From: Methanomassiliicoccaceae archaeon
Lineage (GTDB): Archaea > Thermoplasmatota > Thermoplasmata > Methanomassiliicoccales > Methanomassiliicoccaceae
NCBI GenBank assembly: GCA_963728405.1
Contig: CAVSJV010000007.1
Location: forward strand, 305,817-369,816
Direction of reading: 5' to 3'
DNA: 64,000 bases
Part shown: positions 57,259 to 64,000 of the stretch, piece after piece
Layout of the letters: every line of letters starts with the position of its first letter
Position numbering within the stretch: position 1 is the first letter of the stretch
Made by a program: the position numbers and the translations under genes
The notes under the pieces: model-generated
Seen by the model: the letters and a program-made list of their open reading frames with translations, nothing else
What the model was told of the DNA's origin: nothing
Database searches by the model: none

Positions 57259-57746
57259 TTACGGAAGGCCCTTCTCCATCTTCCTGACCAGAGCTAGGAT
57301 GTCCTCCTCGGTCGCTTCATCGCCCAGGAAGGGTATGCGGTTCTTCTCGTTATCAGCCCGGGACTTGATTACCTTCTCAGCGGTGTCTGGACCATAGTAG
57401 GTGGGGAACCGTTCGGGAAGGTGAATCATCTTGACCATCTCCAGCGCCACCCGCCACCGGTTGGGGTTGGTCGGGTCGTTGATGATGTTGCGGATGGCCG
57501 CGACCGCCTCGGGAACGAGCATGCGTAAGAGCTCGAGGCCGTTGTCCCACAGTTCCGTCCTGCGCCGGTTAAGCTCGGCGATGAACGCGGGGTGGTTGTT
57601 CCTCCACCTCGTCACCGTCTCGCGAGTGACCCGACCTTCTCGGCCACCTCCCGGTCGGTCAGCCCCAACATGATGTGGTCGATGGCGTTCTGTTGTTCGA
57701 CGGTCAGGACGAAAAGCGGTGATTTTTGGTGATCTTCGGCGTTCAC
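57259..57746 (-). CDS. HTH protein resembling small-terminase-like (phBC6A51-type) proteins; frameshift near 57630
   Basis: LTVEQQNAI..GLTDREVAEKVG/VTRETVTRWR.NHPAFIAEL..EAVAAI. Confidence 0.6.
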
Positions 57747-57978
57747 TTCCTGGCCCCCTCTTGACCATCGCACGGGTCTTGCCGTTTTCACCGTTCGCCG
57801 GAGCAACATATCCGCATTCATCGATGGGGTATGTGCAGGCCCTCATAGCATGTTCAACTAGGTGTTCGATGAACCTGGTTCTCGGGACCAGACCCCGCCT
57901 CGCATCGACGGCCCTGAGAAGCTCATCGGGCAAGGTGCATCCAAATGTTTGGCGTCGATTTCCAGCCATATCTGTCAT
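57747..57978 (-). CDS. Ribbon-helix-helix (CopG-like) protein; 3' end uncertain
   Basis: FGCTLPDELLRAVDARRGLVPRTRFIEHLV. Confidence 0.6.
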
Positions 57979-58029
57979 TCCCGTATCAGGCTCGGTGGTT
58001 TTATTACCGTAAGATACATTAGCGTACTT

Positions 58030-58749
58030 ATGGAACTAGCACTGGAAGAACAGGGCCAGCGAGCTACAAGGTTTCGAATCCGCGTAATGGGGCAGTTCCA
58101 TCAAAGTCACTATTACAAGTACAAGCTCCGTGGGGAGGAGACTAGGAACCGTAGCAACAGGGTGCTCTCGGCCCTCATCGACCGTGCCCTCGGTAACTCC
58201 CCGAAAGTCCGGCGTTGTGACCTCTGTGAAGTGTTCGTTTATGAAGGAGCGTCACGCCGCGACAAGAAACCAGGGATGTTTAAGGACAGACAGCTTCAGA
58301 TTATTCTGGAAGGGCTGGTCGAGGCGGGTGTAATCGATTGTGAACGGCCCATCTCACCATCGAAGCGGATTAAGGACAAGACCAAGCGAGATTCCTATTA
58401 TTTCGTAAAGGGGTGCCCATGCGGTGGGTCTGGCGTATGGACCATCGGGTGGCGCACACGGCCGGACTCCATCCTGAGCAACCCATTTCTCTTCGTTAAC
58501 ATGGACATGGAGAGGCTGGAAGAGGCAGGCATCATCGATAAGGCCATGAGGGCATGGTTATTCGCCTTCCTCCTACTAAGCTATTCGGAGTGGACTGGCG
58601 GCAACAAGGAATGGGAAGAAATCCCCGAGCTAACGCCCGAGGAATACGAGGCCGTCGAGCGGTTCGCTTTGCGGCTACCGGAGGAGTTGAGTGACCTCGG
58701 GGCCAGGATTCTGAAACGGGTGGATCAAGAGAGAGCGGGGTTGGAGTAA
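58030..58749 (+). CDS. Divergent putative winged-helix regulator
   Basis: LQIILEGLVEAGVID...YYFV wHTH-like pattern; divergent from the RHH gene. Confidence 0.5.
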   Translation: MELALEEQGQRATRFRIRVMGQFHQSHYYKYKLRGEETRNRSNRVLSALIDRALGNSPKVRRCDLCEVFVYEGASRRDKKPGMFKDRQLQIILEGLVEAGVIDCERPISPSKRIKDKTKRDSYYFVKGCPCGGSGVWTIGWRTRPDSILSNPFLFVNMDMERLEEAGIIDKAMRAWLFAFLLLSYSEWTGGNKEWEEIPELTPEEYEAVERFALRLPEELSDLGARILKRVDQERAGLE

Positions 58750-58756
58750 TCGATCA

Positions 58757-59527
58757 TCAGGGCCATCTAGCAGCGTATTCTGCCGCTAAACGGTTTAGCA
58801 AGGCCTCGTATTCGGCATCAACATCGATGCCCAGGTTGTTCGGCCTGGGGAGATATGGCGCGCCCACATTGTCTATGAAGACCGGCACGAGGATGATGGC
58901 ATCGTACCCAATGTTCACAACATCCCCCGCGCTCCTTGTCGGTAGACCCCTGAACTTGTTTACGGTCTTCACAGGTTCCCGGGGCCGATTGGGGCTGATC
59001 GCGTAGCGGAACTCATCCCATAATGTAGCATCCCCTGTCGATAAACGGGGGAGAATTCGGGTCTCAAAATCAAACCTTTCTGCTACCTTCTTGACACCAT
59101 CGGGGATGTTCAGCACCCTATCGGCGACGCCGATTAGCACCGTGGCCCCGCAGATGGCCTCGCGGTGGGCACCCTGAATGGCCTGGACGGTCTCGTGAAG
59201 GTCATCGTATCGGGCGTCCCGGTTACGGTGGGCGGTTATCACCGACTTGTTCTCGATACAGATGCGCGCCCGCGACACATCCGGCTTCCCCGTGGCGTCG
59301 GGTTCGCCAATGAGGAGGTCTATCTCCCGTTGCCTTCCTCCCGGTGCGGGCACATTGAGCCAATGCCTAACCCGTCCCGCATCGACATCGGCCTTAAGTC
59401 GGGGACACCGCGCCTGGAGGTCCCGGAAAATACCTTCGCTTACGGTGTTCGAGTGTGTATCCAGACGGTGATTATGATAGCCCGCTCTCCGAATGCCCTC
59501 AATCGCTTCATCGAAAGGTGTTGTCAT
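58757..59527 (-). CDS. Putative PD-(D/E)XK restriction endonuclease
   Basis: IDLLIG...CIENKS; directly downstream of the methyltransferase. Confidence 0.6.
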   Translation of the reverse strand: MTTPFDEAIEGIRRAGYHNHRLDTHSNTVSEGIFRDLQARCPRLKADVDAGRVRHWLNVPAPGGRQREIDLLIGEPDATGKPDVSRARICIENKSVITAHRNRDARYDDLHETVQAIQGAHREAICGATVLIGVADRVLNIPDGVKKVAERFDFETRILPRLSTGDATLWDEFRYAISPNRPREPVKTVNKFRGLPTRSAGDVVNIGYDAIILVPVFIDNVGAPYLPRPNNLGIDVDAEYEALLNRLAAEYAARWP

Positions 59528-59574
59528 CCCCGGCCCAGGTCGGGATTCAGGTGCTCAAGTAAAAGGATTCGCAT

Positions 59575-60957
59575 TCATAGATAATTCTTGAGAACGCTCT
59601 TACCCTTCGGACGAACAGCCACCCAATCGGGCGATAGGTCCGAAGGCACAGGAAGCCGCTTAAGTACTTGGCTCTGGATGCGGAGGAAACCGTTCGCCGC
59701 CCGCTGGCAGTTCGCCACGAGCCATTCCCGCGCGATCGGGCCGTTGAGGTAGCGCGTCAACGCCTCCATCTGACTCGGTCCTTGGGGATGATGTAATAGA
59801 CGGTGTGGCGCGGTATTAGCTCGCCTTTGGCGTCGATGACGAAGGCCGGGGCCTCGCCTATGTCTTTGCACAGGATCTTGGGTTGGAGGAGATCGAGCAT
59901 CGGGGGGTTCTCATGGAACGCGTACCAGGGTTTCCGTCGGGCACAGGTGCGGGCCTTTAGACGATCGTGGTTTTCGGGCAACCGAAGGTACGCCCCCAAG
60001 GCACCAAGCGCGGTCTCCTTCATTAGGCCCCCGTCTTTGCCGTACGGTACGAGCATGGAGTCCTTGACGGTCATGGTCCCGTGGCGGGAGTCAATCTGCC
60101 TCCCCGCGATGGTGGGGTAGGCGAACGGGATTAGGCCGGGGGATAGCTCGGAGGTCCTCTGCACATAGATGGAATCGGCCCCGGTGGCGACCCCACAACT
60201 GATACGGACACAGATGTCCTCCAGCGTGGCGGTCAACTCCCCTTCGAGCTGACCGTTGATGATCGGGAGCCACGAGCGCCCGTCAGTGGGTAAATCCACG
60301 ATTTTCTCGGTGCCATCGCGCTGAACGACCCGGGTGCGGTGCTCGTTCTTTCCGTTGGTGACGGTGGTGATGGTCGGGTACGCCACCAGGGCGCCGAAGG
60401 TCTCCTCCGCGACCATGCGAAGCTCCTCTGTATTCATGGCGGTCAGGAGCATCCGGAGTGGGGCGGCGGTATCGACATAGATGAACTTCTCTGGGGTGAT
60501 GAACACCAATCTGCCCCCCTTCTAGGTGGGTCAGGGCTTCCTCGAAGAACAGGAGGTAAAGGTCAAAACGCATCTTGGCGGTGCGGTACTTGGTCCGATA
60601 GGCAGTCTTCTCTTCCTCGGACAATTGGGTAATGGGAACATAGGGCGGGTTCCCGATAATGTAGTCGTAACGCTCGTTATCGGCTCGTAAGAAATCGCGT
60701 TGAACGATTTTCACGCTCGGTCGGTCGGCGTATAGCCGAGATGCGACCTCGATGCGCTGGGGGTCCGAGTCCACCCCCACGATCCGCGGAACGGCGGTAT
60801 TGTGCTTTTCGCACCACCGTATGATGCCCCCGATGAAAACCCCCTCCCCGCAACCAGGGTCCAGGACGGTGCTACCTAGTCGGGGTGCGCCTCCAGCGAA
60901 AAGCGCATCGACCATTTGGTCAACGGTCTTTTGTGGAGTGGGGAAAAATCCTTTCAC
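59575..60957 (-). CDS. N6-adenine DNA methyltransferase (gamma class, TaqI/Eco57I-like); two homopolymer frameshifts
   Basis: PTP, VLDPGCGEG, IIGNPPY, DLYLLF, FITPEKF, TaqI_C-like PKIL.KDI. Confidence 0.88.
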
Positions 60958-62079
60958 GGTAACACCAGAGGGGCAACGGCCAGCGTTCTCTCTTTGTCCC
61001 TGGACGCCGACCTCGAGCTCCCCATCATCGAGGCCATAGATTAGCGTTTCTAAGGGGTTACCGAAAAGCTGAACGGTAGAACGCTCGCAGAGGGTCGTCT
61101 GCCTATCGACCGGACTCAATAACTCCCACTTTCCCATTTGCTTCCCAATCATCAAGAGGGTTGATTTTTTGCAGGGAAATATATGGCCAGGTGTTTCTTG
61201 TATGCTACAAATGCATCCATCCCAAAATCCCGACTAAGGTGAGGTGAAACGCCTCTCTCCGCATAAATCCAACACCGGGTGGAGTGATTGTTCACCAATC
61301 TGGTAAATAATCGTCAAATCGATAGTATTATCGTTATATATTCCAACCATATACAATCGTGACTAAACGCCCTTAATGGCTAACAAATACAAAATCGAAA
61401 TTGCTGGCCTAGCCATCTGGATACAGACTGGTAATAAATCACACTAATTTGGTAAGTATTCACTAGGTATTGTTACCAGGTCCAGTTCAAAAAGGCCTTT
61501 AAACCCCAGCCTGGATAATGGGGTTGAGGAGCGGGTGTTTCACCTTGGCGGGTCTATTGCCCCGCTCCAAACAGGAGAAGAAAGCTAAGATCGCACCGGT
61601 AAATCCGACACAATCAGGGCTACCCTCCTCGATTGCCTGTATTCGAATAACAATACTTAATAACTTTCGAAAAAGGCGTCGTGGGGCCGGAAAAACACTT
61701 TGGACAAGGGCCAAGCGTCTATCTGCTGACGCAGAATCATCAGACTGTCTAAAAACTGTGCTGAAGGTTCTCAAGGTTCTTTGGTGGACATATAGCATCC
61801 TGAAGGAGCTGATTTAGGTTCCAAACCCTTTTTATTTTTTATACCAACATCGGACAGCATCGCGCGGTTGGTTTTGTCCCCCCTCGGGATTTTGAAGTTA
61901 GTGTCAATGGATGAGCGACCGGAATACCGATCTGCCGAACTGGATGAAAAGGTGGAAAGGTTCGGCAATGTCAGAAAACGCGCAGAAGGGCCGTTGTTTA
62001 ATTGAAGTTTGACATTACTGGCTAGGCTGAGTTCATCCCGCTTGCATCGCGGACTTAGCAGTTGCACGACCGCTCGCCG

Positions 62080-62462
62080 AGGAATATGTCTTTGAGCATC
62101 GTCGTCATCCTATCCATTGCCTAGAGGTTCATCGGCTTGACGAGGTAGCAAACCACGCCCTCTCCTTGACCTTTTCATAATCGTCTGGAGACCTCGAGCC
62201 GGTCAGGATGATGATCGGCGTTTCGCCAAGGATACTTCTTTCTTTAGAATCTCCAGCAATCGGTGGCCATTGAACCTAGGCAGGTTGAGGTCCAGGAGGA
62301 TGAAATCCACTGCTTTGTTCGTTCGAGGTATTGGAGGGCCTTCTCACCATCGCGTAACCAAGTGAGCGTGTGCTCGATTCCAGTGTTCTTCAGCATCTCC
62401 TGGGTCAGCTCGGCGTCGCTCTTGCTGTCCTCAATGAGAAGTATGTGGAGAGGCTCACCCAT
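62080..62462 (-). pseudogene. Single-domain response regulator, frameshifted; 3' end approximate
   Basis: ILLIEDS, DGEKAL, LDLNLP, PIIILTGS, YLVKP. Confidence 0.75.
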
Positions 62463-63648
62463 CTAAATTCTTCCCCCCCCCGGACCGTGGGATGGTGAAG
62501 TAAAAGGTGCTTCCTTTCCTTCCTCGCTCTCGAACCATATCCGCCCGCCGTGCCGCTCGACGATCTTCCTAGATGTAGCGAGGCCGATGCCGGTGCCGGG
62601 TACTGTTCCTGCGTGTGCAACCGTTGGAACATCTTGAACAGGTTCCCGCGGTACTTGGGGTCGATGCCGATGCCGTTATCCTGGACGGCGATGATCCATT
62701 CGTTAACACCCTTCTGCGCGAACACCACGATCTTTGGCGGCTCAGGCCCTCGGAACCTAATGGCGTTGTTCAGCAAATTTTGCAGCAATAGGGTCATCTG
62801 CGCCTCGTTCGCCATGACCGTCGGCAGCGGTTCGATGATGACCTGTGCTTTTGCTTCGTTTATCGCTACATCCAGTTCGTCCCTTACCTTTTCGGTAACA
62901 ACGGTCAAGTCAACTTCTTTAAGCTCATTTTGGCGGGCATCTATGTGAGCGTATTGTAAAAGGTCGTTGATGAGCTGTCGCATCCGCTCCGAACCTGACA
63001 CCGCCGTGTTCATGTACTCTTTGGCCTGAGGGCTTAGTTCGTCGCCAATTTCTTGTTCAGCAACTGAAGGTACATCGTGACCTTTCGCAGCGGCTCTTGC
63101 AGGTCGTGCGATGCCACATAAGCGAACTGCTCCAGCTCGGTGTTGGAACGGCGCAGCTCCTCCCTTATGCGATTCTGCTCCTCGATCAGTCTCTTTCGTT
63201 CGATGGCGTACCGGAGGGCCCGGTCGATGGCATCGGCGCTGGTCCTGTCCTTCACCAAGTAGTCCTGGGCGCCGTGCTTGATCGCATCCACGGCGGTATC
63301 GATGGCCTCGTCGGTGGTCAGGACGACGACCGGTAACTCGCGGGAGGCCTTCTCGATGAGAGCGAGGATGTCGTTCGGTGATGTATCACGCAACAGCAAA
63401 TCTACCGCCACAACCCCGATGTCCTCTTCTTCGATGGCCTCCACGGCTTCGCTCATCGAGGTCACCTTCCTAATGGTGTAACTCAGATTAGGGAACGAGC
63501 GGTACCGGTTGGCGCTAATCAGCTGGTCGAAAAGGGCCGCGTCCTGGGGGTCGTCCTCGATGAGCAGGATTTTGACTTCTTCAACCACGATTGAATATTC
63601 TCTTTGGAGTATATCAGTCCTCGGTGCCCCTCGGGGCGAGATGGCCAT
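62460..63648 (-). CDS. Receiver-histidine kinase hybrid, frameshifted
   Basis: [46 protein letters not shown]. Confidence 0.85.
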
Positions 63649-63986
63649 CTCTACCCCCGGCTCGAAACTTCATATTTCGCCATGCGGCCGAGGGTCGGGT
63701 GGGCGGTGAGAGCGCATCATAACCATCTTGCAGACGCCGCCGTCTCAACTTGCCAATAGAAAAAGTGTGGCGGGCCCCCTAGGGTCGTCCGGTTCGGGTT
63801 TGTTGGTTCTTGTATCGACTCCCTGGTAAACGGTTCCTAGAGCTTACGGGGATTTAGACTTGAGCCAGACGGTTTTCGAGGGTAGTCATCCCCCTCTTTC
63901 ATCATAATAAAAGAAAATGAAAGGGTTTGGCAATGACCCAGAAGCACGAAGGGCCGTTATTGAATTAGAACTTGGTACTACTGGAT

Positions 63987-64000
63987 GGCCTCGGGTTCAA
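63987..64000 (+). repeat. Start of the tRNA-Ala 3' direct repeat (att), cut by window end
   Basis: 14-nt exact match to 53197-53210. Confidence 0.7.

Larger units (their letters stand above)
53226..64000. mobile_element. Integrated element at tRNA-Ala (~10.8 kb)
   Basis: Integrase adjacent to the tRNA; GGCCTCGGGTTCAA at 63987-64000 repeats 53197-53210. Confidence 0.85.

Noticed and set aside
61160-62070. ORFs or origin iterons in the AT-richer stretch of the tRNA-Ala element
   Set aside because: No recognisable protein motifs or clear direct repeats seen by eye
1-64000. CRISPR array or cas genes
   Set aside because: No regularly spaced repeats or Cas motifs seen
525-64000. Pyrrolysine (TAG) readthrough genes
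   Set aside because: The breaks I examined are frameshifts; TAG stops checked at 20011 and 54326 give only short uninformative extensions; no methylamine methyltransferase genes are present

Overview
Archaeal chromosome segment, most consistent with a Methanomassiliicoccales (Thermoplasmatota) methanogen. This is inferred from the archaeal 16S rRNA gene lacking linked 23S/tRNA-Ala, an MvhA-type [NiFe] hydrogenase, srp19, rps8e, aIF2-beta, tgtA and the archaeal rps12-rps7-EF2-EF1a-rps10 operon; the taxon needs confirming by 16S search. Core genes are interleaved with three accessory blocks: (i) a decayed fragment region at ~6.1-9.4 kb; (ii) tandem integrated islands at tRNA-Ser(GCT) (17.2-28.8 kb, then 28.8 kb onward), each beginning with a convergent tyrosine-integrase remnant; (iii) a ~10.8 kb element at tRNA-Ala(TGC) (53.2-64.0 kb) with integrase, a probable fused primase-helicase, RHH and TerS-like HTH proteins, a type II-like R-M pair and a two-component system. 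Many genes are split by 1-2 nt indels, partly in homopolymers, so long-read errors cannot be told apart from pseudogenes. Top leads: a soluble MtrA-like corrinoid protein carrying an MtrB-like C-terminal segment (missed by the ORF track, beside AhpD/CMD and DUF1638 genes); the virus-satellite-like tRNA-Ala element; and a ~190-nt structured RNA candidate with a terminal K-turn between tgtA and pth2. All family assignments are by motif recognition, not database search.
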